Source: Moniliella sp. 'wahieum' (Eukaryota). Taken from it: a DNA stretch of 64,000 nucleotides. Positions 13,318 to 26,798 of the stretch are shown here, one piece after another. The notes below the pieces were generated by a model. The model did no database searches and had not been told where the DNA came from. It worked only from the letters and a program-made list of their open reading frames with translations. Made by a program: the position numbers and the translations under genes. The stretch's first letter is position 1. Each line of letters begins with the position of its first letter. Where the stretch lies: assembly GCA_003971905.1 (NCBI GenBank), contig RSEE01000079.1, positions 1-64,000 of the forward strand, in the 5' to 3' direction.

Positions 13318-13400
13318 AGGTCCCACTGGGATTCGAACCCAGGTTTCAGGAATACGACAGAGTCAGAATCCTACTTGCTAACCAACTACAATATGGAACC
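13318..13400 (-). tRNA. tRNA-Gln(CTG) with 10-nt intron
   Basis: Reverse complement reads GGTTCCA TA TTGT AGTTGGTTA GCAA G TAGGA TTCTGA[ctctgtcgta]T TCCTG AAAC CTGGG TTCGAAT CCCAG TGGGACC T. This folds into a full cloverleaf, with T-runs downstream. Confidence 0.95.
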
Positions 13401-13746
13401 TTCAGGTTCCAGCAAGCATATTTGGACCTTGATTTGGTGTTGTTGTCGTAGCATCTCTCGTTTATAGTGCCCAACTCACGTCGGATAATGAAGTGAGAAA
13501 GGAGAACGAGAATGCTGTTGTATGTAAAAACATCATATATATGTAAGACACATGCTTGTTACTACTCATATGCACAACCCGCCAGGGGTTAACAAGTAAT
13601 CAGAGGCGACCCTTGACGAGGGAAGAGCCACACCAACAGCAAAAAAGCAAATACTGAGCATATACCAATAGCTCATACCACAGAGTGTGGCACTTCTAAC
13701 AAAAAGATGAAGAGAAAGGGAAAACGTTGATGCACTCGACCTAATC

Positions 13747-15304
13747 TTAAACTTGGTTGGTCTTGTTGACGCGCGGGCCAAATCCAATATTCCGGAAGGA
13801 AGAGAGTTGACCAGAAATTCCAGAAAATGCTTGGGCAATGTCACCTCCCAAGATGGCGTTGACGGTCCAGGTACCCAAATTAAGAAGAGTCGGGGAAGGG
13901 AGGCCACAGGTACCCTTTTTGAACTTGTGTCCGTTGATTTGGAAGACTTCAAGAACAAAGCGCATGGCATTCAAGTCGCCGCCGATCACCAGCTGAGGCG
14001 CAGTATGAGCGTTGGCGCTGTACACGTTGAATTGAATGTTGGCACCGTTAGCACACTGTTGTTCGACGTAGACCTTGACCGCCTCAAAGCTGATCACGTC
14101 GTCTCGGTCGCCATGGTAAATCATGCGAGGGAAAGTTGGGTAGCCAACTCCGACGGAGGATTTGTTGTTCCACAGAGTTTCACGGTTAAGAACGTGGCGG
14201 ATTGGTCCCCATTCATACGGCGTTTTACCGTCCGGAATGTTGAGCATCGACATGTAGGGCTTGTTAGCGTAAAGGGGGCCACGAAGGATAGCGTGGCAAA
14301 CAGGGGGACGGGTGATTGCGTGGAGATCGTCGAGAAGCTCCGGCTGAGCTACACGGTTGATGGCATTCTTGAATTTCTTGTATGCGGCCATCATGCCATG
14401 AATGCCACCAACGGTAAAGCCCGAGAAGGAGGTGCCGTCAAAGTGGCGTAGGGTGAGCTCCATGTCGATCGGAGTGCCACCATGGGTGACACCTACAATG
14501 TTCACGTCGGAAGCATAAGTCGGCGCCAAGTTCGCCGCCCATGCCGTGACATGTGCGCCCTCAGAGTAGCCGGTCATGGCCACCTCGGCATCGGCGGGCC
14601 AGTTGAGTAAGTTGCGCACAGCACGGGCCGAGTCGAGAATGGCATAGCCTGCTGTGAATCCTGCGAAGAGAGCTGATTTGGGACCTTCGTAGTCGGGCAC
14701 TACCACCGTGATCCCATGCGAAAGCAGGAACTGGAACCAAATGGGCACGTCATCCCCTGTTGATGCGTAACCGAACCGTGTTTGGTCGAGGTCAGAACCG
14801 AATAAGAGCAGGTAACATTTAAGGGCCTGGGAAGAAGAACATACCGACAACCTTCACGTTGGGGGAGGCGTTTCCTTTGAGAATAGTGTAGGAAGGGGCA
14901 CAGTCGCGTTGAGCAGCATCCTCCCAGAGATGGTAAGACAGCATCTTCGGAGGCCCGCCTTTCTTGGGGCGGATAACGGTAGTGACCGTCGAAGACGGGT
15001 GACCGTCGGCGTTGGTAGTACGGTAAAAGATCTGGTAGGTGTCTCCGACGGTACCTTCAATCCCCATCATGGTGGGATTGATCTTGCGGGAACGAATAAC
15101 GTCACCGGGGTGGTACTGGCTCAGGTTGTGCGGGCGATGATAGAAGGGGTCTTGCAGTGGTGCAGGGTAATCATCCCGTTGGCTAAGGAAATTGTGCCGA
15201 TTTGCGCGCGACACACCTCTCTTGGTCATGGAGGATGCATCCACCAAGCCCAGTGATGATAGAATCACGCCCGCAAGCAACGGGAGGGAGAGAAAAGCGC
15301 GCAT
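13747..15304 (-). CDS. Secreted lipase, LIP / CalA-like family
   Basis: Signal peptide MRAFLSLPLLAGVILSSLGLVDA; DPFY, YQIFYRTT, CAPSY, VVVPDYEGP; nucleophile elbow GYSEG; YHGDRDDVI. One frameshift at ~14840. Confidence 0.9.
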
Positions 15305-16674
15305 AGAGAAAACGTGTATGCGTGTCAAAGAGCGTGTAAGGAAAAGAGTGTGCGGGTACGGTGCTTCCAACGAAGCAGGAAAGAGAGTGTGTTGGGAGAA
15401 GGGTAAAGTGTGGCTGTTCAAAAGAGGTGGACAAGAAAGGAAGAGGGTACGGGTATATAACCGAACTTACACGGCAAGGGAGAACATTATTTATATAACT
15501 GCGTCTCTCTCTGTAGCTCCTCGTCGGATGTGCTTTCGGAACAAGAAAGAGCGCTATGGAAGTTGTTGGCATACTATGATGATTCATCTCTATATCTTGT
15601 GATCCTGTGGGCTTAACGAAGTGCTCTGTTGTTACGTGTTAGGTACGAGGTAGTTCCCTCGGGCCGAGGATGATCGAGGGCAGGCACAGTCATGTCTTGT
15701 AAAAACAGCCCTGCTGAGTCTTGGCATTTTGTGTGATATGTGATACAGATGATGGGAAAGGATACGATTGCTCTCTCCTCTCCTTGGTGTCCCAATGGTA
15801 TGCCCTGATATCTGGTATGGCTCAAGAGCAGCTGTCCCGACTCTCCCTGAGCGAGGCGGCAGCGTAAGATTACCTCGGTATCCACCATGCAGATCAATCA
15901 CATCCAAGTCATCATGCACATGCCTAAGAGCCATCTATATCATTTGCGAGAAACATGTGCGCATAATGAGTTCAAGCTTCAAGGTCCATTAAGGAGAACC
16001 CCATCTCGTTGCCGAGAATCGCTCTTCATCACTAGGGTTCACCTATACTGTATTGCGTGTGGATTGGCTTTTTCAGGTGCATCATAATGTCATACTGTTC
16101 CTCTCCGGGGTACCCTCCAACACACAGCGAGTATGAAGGCCTAATAAGACCTAAGGACTGAGGTGAAGCTTGAAGCTTGAAGACTGAGTATTGGGGACCG
16201 AGTGTGTCTGGCTATGTGCACAGGGGAAGTGTGTTCCATGTCGCTAACCCACCCGGCTTGGAGGCAGTGTCGGAATCTCCCTTCCCCGCATTCGCCATAT
16301 TACTGGCAAGAGCACAGTCTCTATTGGTCTTGGCTTCACTGATCATGGCCAGACATCACTGATCAGGGTGGCTGGCCAAGCGCCGGTGTTCCACCTCATC
16401 GATGGTCATATATACCTGTCACAGTCGGGGGCTCAGCGCTACGCGAGCTCTAAACGAGGGGGACGAGAGCCGAGACAAGGGCAGGGAATGTAGCAAGCGT
16501 TCGTGGGGAAGAAGCGAGCGCCGAGGACACGGGGCGAAGCAGAATAACATGTAACAGGAAAAGAGCCAGGCGCTCGAGACAGGAAGTGGAAGTGGAAGCT
16601 CCGAGGTCGGAGAGCTCTCAGTACCAGTCTGAGAGCTCACGCTGATTCAGCCAAACTGTGACAGTCCCTGTCGA

Positions 16675-16698
16675 TCATGCATCATGCATCATGCATCA
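16675..16698. repeat. 7-bp lattice array (TCA-TGCA)x3-TCA
   Basis: Directly visible. Confidence 0.85.
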
Positions 16699-16855
16699 TG
16701 TGCATGCTGTGTCGCATGATGCATGGTTGCATGATGTGTATGATGCATGATATAACACCGGGAACGTCACCGGCGTCACGCGTCACGCGTCGACCACATC
16801 ATGGCAGAGGCGGTCGCCATTGGAAAGGGCGTTGCGAGGGCGTGCCACATGTTAG

Positions 16856-16879
16856 TGACTAGTGACTAGTGACATGTGA
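16856..16879. repeat. 7-bp lattice array TGA-CTAG-TGA-CTAG-TGA-CATG-TGA
   Basis: Directly visible. The palindromic spacer switches while staying in phase. Confidence 0.85.
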
Positions 16880-18119
16880 CAGAGGAGCTGCTATGGGTCA
16901 GCTCATAACCAACAGCACATCCGTTCCTCCATCCCATCCTGTTGTGCCTGAATCTCAGCGCTGCTGCTCCTCAGTGGATCCGCCAGGATATCCGCTTGTG
17001 TTGTACAAAGGAATGCATATATAGAGGTTGGTCTTATATAGTCTGTCAAATCACGCCAAGAAACCAAGAAAACCAAGAAAACGGGTATGCGTAACGTACG
17101 TCCCGTCACACATTTTCCAAAGCACATCCCCCATCGTGCGCATCCTCAGCTGAGGCCTCAGGGCCTCAGGCATGAGCCTCATGTATCATTAATCATTGAT
17201 TATCCTCCCCCCCAAAGCAAGCGTGTATAGTGATTCATGATGAGCGATGAGCGCTGAGCGTTACAGTGTACTGTCATATGGCACCACACCTGTAAATGCT
17301 TTTTTCGCAATTAACAGGCCAAGTCGCTACTAGTATATAAGTGGAACTGTGAGTTGCACCGCGACCGCATAGCTCGTTCCAGAGGTATATATCGTCGTGC
17401 CTCAGGCCGCCTCATCGTCATCGCTCTCTCCCTACCTTCTTTTCCTTTCCCTGTTGTACTCAAGAGGCCGTAACATTTTCGAGGTTCAGATTCCCTACTA
17501 ACACAAGCGCACAAGCACAAGCAGAGCTAGCAGAAGAGATGTATGTGATTGTTAGAATCCTGCAGCTCAGGAGCACCTGTGACTCTTATATATAGTGGCT
17601 GTATATGTCCCTCGCAGCGCAAGGGAGACGTGATGGAGTAAAAGGTGATGGATTCAAATCCCACATTCGAGCCATTCTCTTTCTGATCATTTGAGGTAAC
17701 CGCTATGTGGCAATGACCAACAGGATGAGGTCGATAAGGCTGGAGGCCCATAAAAGTCGACAAGGACATAATTGAAGGACAAAAAGAAAGAGGATGCCCC
17801 CGTAAACTATTCTTGAAAAGAGGTGTGGGTCAGGGGCATCAGCATATTAGAAAGCCATATGCAGCGTAGAGATGGAGAACTGCAAGGTGGAGGGGGGACT
17901 GCCAGCAGTGCCCTTCCACCAACAAAGGAGAAACATAGAGGTTTTTCTTAGATAAAAGAACGGGGTGGGGGTGTATGTTGTTGGGCGACGGGGTTCAGAG
18001 AGATTGCCGTATTATGAGACCTGTAATGAGGTTTTCAAGGAGAACCTGGGGCTAATGGAGCATGGAAAAGGTCTTCCCATCAGCCTCTTAGCCCAGGCCA
18101 ACTGTTCTTCTGGGCGCCT

Positions 18120-20502
18120 TTAAAACAGACTGCTGAAGTCGCCCACGTCGCCCACGTCGCCATTGTCAAAGTTCTTGTCAAAGTTGTCAAAGTTCTTGTC
18201 AAAGTTGTCAAAGAAGCTCCCAAAGCCTCCCATTGAGCCCATTCCACCTCCCTGGGAGCCTTGGCCGCCCCCCTGGGAGCCTTGGCCGCCCCCTGGGAGC
18301 CTTGGCCGCCCCCCTGGGAGCCTTGGCCGCCCCCCTGGGAGCCTTGGCCGCCCCCCTGGGAGCCTTGGCCGCCTCCCTGTGAACCTTGACCACCTCCCTG
18401 GGAGCCTTGACCACCACCATTGCCACCGCCCGAACCTGAACCACCAGAGGGGTTGCCACCCGATCCGGAGCCAGGGTTGGAGCCCGAGGCACCAGACAAG
18501 ATAGAGACCAACTTGGACACCTGGATGGTACCAAGCCCTGTGACCGCATCATAGCCCTGAGTAGCAGGGAATCCAAGCTCGCTTCCACCTCCGCCACTGC
18601 CACTACCGCTACCAAACTGGCGGGCAGGGAGGCTGCGGCGGGCTTGCTGCGTAGGGTCCCCATTGCACCCAGCGTTTTGACCGAGGTGATGTCGGTAAAG
18701 GAGGAGGCCGATGTGGTAGAGAGTAGGGTGAGCGTAGCCGATGGGTCCTTTCCCATTCTTTTGACGAGCATCGTTGGCTAGCGAAAGAAGAGAAGCAAAG
18801 ATGGGTGCGCTGGCCGAGGTGCCGAGTACAGTATTCTGCTGGCCGCCTGAGACGATCACCTAGAGAAAAGTTGACAAGATAGGAAGGAGAGGGTCAGACA
18901 AAAACCATTCAAAGCACACCTCTACGCTTCTGCCAAGGGCGGAAGCAAAAGGAAATGAGAGAGACGCACCAAGTTTTGGCCATGGCAGCAACATCAGGGT
19001 ACGCGCGGCCGGTGGGCTTGAACTTTCCTTGGTTTTTGCTCCCAAGCTTGCCAAGATACGTCTTGACGGCCGACTTTTGGTAGTCGGGGGTGGAAAATTC
19101 ATTGGAAAAGCCGCCACCGCCCCAGGCGACGGCCGTTTCTGCGCCCACGCTCGGGTCTTGGTCTCACCCACGGAAAGAACGTAAGGGCAGGTACCTGGCG
19201 CCGTGGGATCAAAGCCATTGGAGCAACTTTCGCCTGAGTACTGCACTCCTTCCACACCCGAATCGCCAGAAGCCGCGATCACTGTCGTGCCCTGGGCCGT
19301 AAGCTGTTGAACCAGCTTGCAAGTGTGCTGGTTTTGGGACTGGCCTGCCTGGGACTCGGAGTAGCCATACGAGATGGTGATCACGCCCGGCTTCAGACCC
19401 TTGTCCAGGACATACTGCAACGCCTCGTCAAACATCCCATCCTTCTCGTTGTAGTAAAGGTAGGTGTTGGTCAGCGGGTAGTTGATCACAGCCGAAACCT
19501 GTACATCCAACGAAGCTTCAGTGCCCGGCTGGCTCGGGTCGTTCTGGCCGCCACCGCCACCCATGAACTTCACTTGGGTGTTTTCCGAGCCGGAAGGACC
19601 AAACTGCTGAAGGTAGGACTTGAGATCGGACTGGTTTGATGATGAAGAATATGTCAGTATAAAACCACAGGAGGTCCACATATAGTGGAAATAATCTCCA
19701 CCACACCCATCATTTAGAAGAGAATACTCACGCTGCTAGCATATTCGTTACTGAAGCCAAGAATCATGAGGGGAATGTTAGACCCCTTACCAGAAGGGGT
19801 GTACTTGTCTACCCCGTACAAGGAACGAAGACACTTGCCCGTGACGCCCGACGGATCGCATCCCCCTTGGGCGAGACGCTGTGCAGCAGCGGGGAGAGGG
19901 GCTTAGGTTTGGCCCCACGGGTAGACGGAGCGGGCTTGAAGGAGGTCAGGTTAGAAACGTGCTCGACAATACTAGACAGATGCGGGGGAATGTTGAGAGA
20001 GTGAGCCTTGATCGACATCTGGTTAACGGCGGTATTGTTGAATCGGTAGAGCGAAGGTTGGTTAAAAAGCTTGCTGGTGGTGCCAGCAGTGGTAGTGACG
20101 GTGGCGTGGTCTCCGTACTTGGACCAGGTGACGTCCTGACTCTTGATGCCGTGCTTGTGGAGGTAAGCGACCAGCGCTTCTTGTCTTGCGTCGATGGGGA
20201 AGTGTACTTGGTCATTTCCTCATCCGAGAGCCAGTTTCCCTTCCCTTCAAGGGAAATCTGGTTCATCTTGTCGGCAAGTTGATGGAAATTCTCTCCCTTG
20301 AGCGCAATAGTAAACTTGACAGCATCGTCGGGATGGGCGAGAGATTCCTGAACCCAGTTGGAGGGAATGGCAGCAGGGCCGCCTTGGCGGCGAGCAAGAT
20401 GAGCATGCAGGGGCGTAGAGGGGGACTTGGCATCAGTGTGAAACTGATGCTGGCTAGGCTACTAGCCAACAGCAGGAGCAGTGTAGCCACAGCCTTGACC
20501 AT
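18120..20502 (-). CDS. Secreted S53 serine-carboxyl peptidase (sedolisin / tripeptidyl peptidase) with Gly-rich repetitive tail
   Basis: Signal peptide MVKAVATLLLLLASSLASI and a prodomain; catalytic TEASLDVQ (ExxxD), oxyanion SGDSG, GRAYPDVAA and GTSASAP; Ca site GYDAVTGLG. Several introns and frameshifts. Confidence 0.9.
18250..18418 (-). repeat. 21-bp coding minisatellite, ~7 units encoding GGGQGSQ
   Basis: The unit ccctgggagccttggccgccc is repeated. One unit is a C short in a homopolymer, which shifts the frame. Confidence 0.9.
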
Positions 20503-22281
20503 AATGATGAATGGAAGAAAGGCGATGAGAGAGGGGGATGCGGGAAAGAAAGGGCGGTCCGGCCGCGAAGAACAAAGAGGCGGGAAGGGGGAGATTGAAA
20601 AGAAGAAGGGGTGGGGAGCAATAGCAAGGGGTTGCGGAAAGAAGAGGGTATATATATGCAAACCGGGGGTGCTAGGTCATTCGTTGTTGGTACGGGTCTC
20701 GGCGAGAGGGAGATCCACATCTGCCCACGAGCACGGGGCAAATCCAAAAGATCGCCAGAGCGGAGGTACTCGATAGAGGAGAGAGGCGGACCGGAAGCAT
20801 GCAAAGGCAAATAGCAGCGCACCCACTTACGTCTACTAGTATGCTGTACCTCGCATATGCCTTCTGAGCTCTGACATGCGGGCTCCCACACCACACCCTA
20901 TAGCCTGTGGCGCCCCATCAGCAGTCGTTCGGCTCTGCCGGCGTGCACAGCTCGCCATCTCTCTTGCATCAGTGATTGCAATGCATATGCAGGAAGCCAA
21001 ATAGTTGTAACCAAGAACTGTGCATGGGTTGTTGCCTGTATGGGCCTAATCTTCATTGCAGTTACAACCTGCGCCGGTATAACGTCAAAACATTGTTGTG
21101 GATACCATCCAGTTTGTACTTCAATAAACACACAACTCTTCCTCTTATTGCATCCTACCATCAAAATGTCTCGTTGGTGGTTTCTGGCATGGTCGATTGA
21201 TGATCGAATGATCATTCATCGTATCGAAAGAGAGGTCTCAGATTTCACCAGCTCACAAGTAGTTACTATCACGCCCCGGCAGAAAAGACGAAGACCTAAG
21301 AGAGAATAACGAGGAGCACGCGTGGGCCGCGACTTGGGATTTCGAGAGGACCGTTGTCGGGCGTTGCATCATGTCTTCTCGGTTCTCTCTATTAAACGCG
21401 TGCTTCCCTTTTGCTCAGGCTTGAGTCTCAGGTAGCTGTACCTCTCCTCCATAGTTGTGGCTCCGAGCTGTGTCGTCAAAGCTGCGGCTGTGCGTTAGTA
21501 GGCCGATCATCGATCATCGACCAAGCCAGCCCGCTATGCACTACGCCACATTGATCTGTAACACTATTGAATAATAACTCCGTGAAGACGAGAGGCGCCT
21601 TGACCTTGAAGCTTGAGCTTGAGGCCTGAGGCCTGAGGCCGAGATGTGTATACACACTCACAACTCAACAATCGGTATAATATAGAAGGTATTGCATACG
21701 CACCTCGTCAGTATACTTGTTGAGCCATCGGGTGGCTCGTGCTTTGGTGTCCCTTCAGTTCCTCCTCAGGCCTGTGGGAGTTCCGTTGTTTCTCTCTCCT
21801 GTTTTTTCCTTGTTCCGCAGCTTAGCCCCTGGCGGCGACTTGCTGCGTTCCTCTGTAGGCGTTGATGGTTGGCTTAGACCACCACACCAGTGCGATTGCA
21901 TCACCCTCGAGGACCATCAGGACTCCAGGTCTCATCAATAATGCATCAATCCTGACCCATGCTCACACAGCTGTACTCTCCCGCTACTCCCATATTAGCT
22001 GTGCCACCCGATCTCAGATCTCAGATCTCATCGGCCATCCTCTCCACAGCGGAATTTTACGTGGCATGGTAGCGTTGTAAGACTTGGCAACGTGTAATAG
22101 GGTTCGCCCCACACTCGGTATAATACTCACAGGATTTGCGAGTAGGACGAATGGTTCAGCTCGTGTCTTGCTTCCGGCTGTGCCTGCCGCTCAGCGCTCA
22201 CATGTCACACAGCCAGTGCTTGCTCCGCACTCTTTCCCATCCCACATCGACGGTTTGATCGATCAGACTTGAAGCTAAGCC

Positions 22282-22319
22282 TGAGGCCTGAAGCTTGAAG
22301 CTTGAAGCTTGAACGTTCA
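22282..22319. repeat. 7-bp lattice array TGA-GGCC-(TGA-AGCT)x3-TGA-ACGT-TCA
   Basis: Directly visible. Three different palindromic spacers sit in one phase. Confidence 0.9.
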
Positions 22320-22972
22320 ACACGTTGGACGTTAAACGTTACTAACGTTGAAATTTGAGAGAGAGGTAGTGAGCATCAAAAGCTATTCAGCGTCTGGCTG
22401 CAAGCGTTTAAGGCCTTCAAGCTTCAACGTCTTCAATGCCAACGGAGCGCGAGCCCAGCACCCCCCAAGACCACATGGCTACTGTTGTGCGTTACACACG
22501 GAATCGATAAATGATTGCATGTTCCTGTAACTACATGTTACGTGTTACATGTGTTACACGCCTTGCGGCAATCAAATCGAAGCAGACTAACACTAACATG
22601 TAACAAGTGAAGGCACGGTAACAATTGAAGGCAGTGACAGTCCACTTTGATCCAAGTTGGAACGTTGAATGTGTTGAACTACAACGGTCAAGTTGACCTC
22701 TCCATATTCCATGGCCATATATGGCAAAAACGTTGGAAGGTGGTACAGAGTTCGTGTCATGACGTTCATTCATGCATACAGTCCATTCTTAGCAATTTTG
22801 GCCCGGCGCATGCCAAACAACGATGTGCTTTTGCCCTCGGCGCCGTACCGTGCCGCGTGTTGTGTTCTGAGTTTGGTTCGAACCAGCATGCCGTTTCATA
22901 CATTTGATATGAACAGAACCCCCGTTCCTTTCTGGCGCGAGAATCGTGGTTACACGTCCAATGCGGTATGAT

Positions 22973-24710
22973 TCAGCGCTGATCGTCTGCCAGCACCATC
23001 CCAGCTTCGAGCGCTAGGGGCTCCAGTCCGGTCGTAGCCTGGTCTTGGGCATAGACAATGCCACCCGTCGGGCATGGTACACGCAGTCATTTAACTTACA
23101 CCCAAGTAGCTCGCCCACTAGCGCCAACCGACCTCCCATCCTCCCTCATGAGAGGGCTGGAGTAGTTGCTGATGCACCTGGCTTAAACGGTAGGCATGGC
23201 CCACCGTGTACCAAGGGATGCAGTCGCGCGCCAGAGCGGTACGGACTAACGTGGCCGGATGGTCGAGCGCCTCGCGAGGCATCCCTGTAATTTTTTCCAC
23301 GGCACGCTTGCCCGCCTCGGCCAACTGCTCCATCGACGGAAGGTCCGAATCCGCCTTCCCTGCCCAATACGCGCCGCCGAGCATCACGGTCAACTTGACA
23401 TGGCGTTCTTCGTCCTGGCTTGGCAACGCATCTGAATCAATCACCACCCCTAGCACCTGTCCGGGTTTGCCTTCTCCTCTGAGGGTACCAGTACACCAAA
23501 CCCTTCAACGTCCAGGAGTCTCTTACCAGGGCGCACTTGGGCTGCCACCCAGGCGGGCACCACCACATTCACTACCCCCACCGTTGCTGATGGTTCCACC
23601 AATAGGGACGTAGGAATTGTGGGGCTGAGCAAAGGTGCCAGTTTGCCCAGAGAAGAGAAGCAATGACATGCTTTGCGAAGATCGACCCGTGGCGCGTAGA
23701 CACCCGAACCCCGTCGGGCCGGGACTCGAGCTGATCGCAAGCCGTCTCGGTAGCAATCGTCACGTTGGGAGGGCGCCGAGCTGTTGCACGATGGCGTTGG
23801 GGATCTCGCCCAGTCCTTCCGGGAAGGAGTAGATAGAGGTGTTGGCGAGCTGGCCAACACGTTCTCACTAGACTAACTTCGAGCAAGGTACGGTCCACCG
23901 TCTCATTGAACGCGGCGATAGAGCGGGCTTGTTCGACTCGAGCCTCCGTTTCTGACATGCGATGGGCGGGCAGGATACGGCGAGCACGTCCAAACAAAAA
24001 GCCGGCCGTGGGTACGTTCCCGGTCCCACAACGAAGGCATCAGTGAACGAATGGAGGGGTGCGAGTGTCCCGGCCCAGATCCATGCACAGCGGCCGACAC
24101 AACATCCTCAGCCAGACGCGTGCGTCCCCCAAATCGCCGGGAGAGAAAAGAGGAATACTTTCGTCCTGCATAAGACGGTTCCTCATCCGAACCCGACTGC
24201 TTCGGCAAGCGACTCGGAACGCGGCCGAGGCTGGCACTAGCTCGGCCGGAGTAACCAGGTCCCAGAGCGCATCCGTCCACGAGCGGCGTACCGTGCGTAG
24301 CATGGAGCAAAGACGCGGTGCAGATTCAGCAGTCCCGAGGGAAGAAGGTTGATATGGCCACCAGACCAAATGTAGCGTTTGCGCGCCGACGGCGCCGAGG
24401 TAGGCACACGCAGCATGCGCTCCCACAGACCCGATTGGGCTACTAGGTCCAGCATCGCCAATGCAGTTGCTCCACGCGGACGCAGATCCGAGGCCCGTTT
24501 TCACCAGAGCAGTGGGAGTGCTGGTAGATCCGGGGGCGGGCTGAAGGGCAATGCGCTCGGAATGGATCCAGCCGCAGGGCGGGAGGTGGACTCGAGGACG
24601 ACCAATGCGAGCGCTGGGCGGGAGGGAAGAGGCAGATAGCGTGCAGAGGCCAGGCCAGCAATCCCTCCACCCACAACAACAACATCTGCTGCCGCAGGAA
24701 GAAGCGTCAT
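22973..24710 (-). CDS. HEM14: Protoporphyrinogen oxidase
   Basis: FAD-binding VVVVGGGIAGL; GWIHSE; KRYIW; EGFGVLVP; LGVVIDSD; KLTVMLGG; CIPWYTVGH; ASYLGVSVNDC. Many frameshifts. Confidence 0.85.
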
Positions 24711-26798
24711 GGCCAACAGAGAGAAGGTCGTAGAGACGGTGAAGACGGTGGAAGCAATGGGACAAGAGGCGTTGCCCGCATGATGGTGGTTGTCTTCTCG
24801 CCCGATTTTCCTGACGTCAGGATGGAGCCATCCGGCCAACCCTAGTGAAGGGTGAAATGTTGCATCCGTCCAGTGCATCATCACGCGTCACGGTAATGGC
24901 CACTGGTTACTAGCTTTACTGGTCGCTGATCACACATTGATTCCTGGTGGCATCGGCCCGGATCGACCCTCTCGGCTCTTCCCAACATGGAACGTACGCT
25001 CGTCGCCCGAAATTTACATCCGTCGTCGAACCACCCCCAATATGATACATCCCACAGACAACCTGCGTTATTATCGAGATAATGCCGCCTGTGCGCGCCC
25101 TTCAACGCATTCACCACCATCAACGTTGCGCTCCCTTTTTTGCTCCTCATCAGTCCTTAGTTGCCCCTGTGCGACCACGTCATATCCGTCGAGATTGGTT
25201 GCGTTCCATTGGTTGCGTTCCCGGGGCGCATGTGAGCGACATGCCCCTCGGCCATCGTCGCCGTATCGGTCCACTTTACTGAACTGTGCCAACTGAGAAA
25301 GAACCAGGCTTTCATCTCCAATCATGCGGGTGGCAACAAGCTTGCGATACGTTCCATATATATATGCCCCGTTTTGATAAAACTGGACTGGGTGTGCTAA
25401 GTATCAGATGTGGGCGACCAACTCACTTGTTCCTGTGGAATGGTGCGTTCTCCCACGTCCATGCGGACGGCAATGAGGTTAATGAGGATGTACCGCAATC
25501 CCCGCCGTCACATCTTTCTCTTCCGTCACCTCTTTCTCTTCCATCAGTTCTTTCTCTTCTCCTGGTAAAGCGGTGGTGTGGGCAGCAGACCTGAGTTGAA
25601 TGTACCCGAAACGGCCCTCTCACAGCAGGGTACTCAGGCACAATTGCCAGCATTCTGGCGGAAGAGATTGCCCTTGGCGACCGGCCAAGGCCGAGTAACG
25701 TTCCGAAGGTCATCCCGGGCCTGCGGTTTCCCGTATGCGTTTCCCTGTCCCTCTCAGCATGTGTTAAAGACAAAACTTTTGATCGAAGAGTCCCGGGTAT
25801 AGAACAGTTCGATACACAGTATACTAGAATTAAAGTGAAGTTATTAGGGCGGAGTCACAGGCGCCAGGGTTATTGTATACCATCATCTGGTGGATCTGAT
25901 GCTTTCGACAAATTTGCACTCGCAGGCGGCTGCTCCTCTACGGTGTCAAGGATGAAGACGAGCTGTCAAGCCCACAACGGAGGCTATACTGGCTCCCTTC
26001 GCTTTCCTAACTCCAACCCCAGAAGGTTGGTCATCGGATCTGATCCGATCTGCGATCCGAACCCAGCTTGGCACGCTCGACAGCGCGACCACTACTAGCG
26101 ATTACCAGTCCTATATATCTGTACGACAATATAAGGGTGGGCCAGCCTTAGTGGTCTCAAGTTGCAAGTAAGTAGTAAGCGACGGCCGAGTGCTAGGTTT
26201 CTTCGCACTCCTGTCTCTTAGTCTGCGCTCGGTGCAGTATTGTGGCACACTCCCAGTGCAGACAACCTCGACGGACGCTTACTGGATGGCAAGATACAAG
26301 AAGACTTGCACTGCGTTGCCTAGTACTACCGTCAAGGCCGCATCGTAGCGGTATATAGCCACACGGAGAAGAACATATGGGGCTCGGAACCCACAGTTTT
26401 GCGGTAAAAAAGCGGTACATTATATAGTTGAGGCAGGTCGGATGGCTATCAGGCCTCAGGACAGTAGTCAGTCTGCAAAAGAGCGGATGGAGCAAGGGTG
26501 TCTGTTGCTCTTGCCGCATGGCCGTCTAAGCAAAAATCGCCAACACCGTCATACCCATCTCTTCGGTATTAGTTTGGTGAGGAGCCTGACAATGATGTGC
26601 CCGTGGAACTTTTGTGGGTTGACGACTCTGGCAACCCGGTTGAGCTCTTAAAACACACCCAACAATGACATCGTTTCCGACTTCGAGAGCCTCTGCGCTA
26701 TTCTTGCTGCCCTTCGCTTGGATGCTCAGCTCAATCGTGCTCACAGTTGCGTCGTTCATAGGCTTCGCCAAAATAATTTGAAGACTAAAAACCAAAAA

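Noticed and set aside
13753..14451. 232-aa plus ORF (also 27249-27974, 45087-45767, 56766-57380, 62408-62968)
   Set aside because: Each is antisense to a well-supported gene or element, as expected from codon bias.
24880..26780. Short ORFs between HEM14 and the second tRNA
   Set aside because: No consistent frame, motif or splice pattern could be supported.
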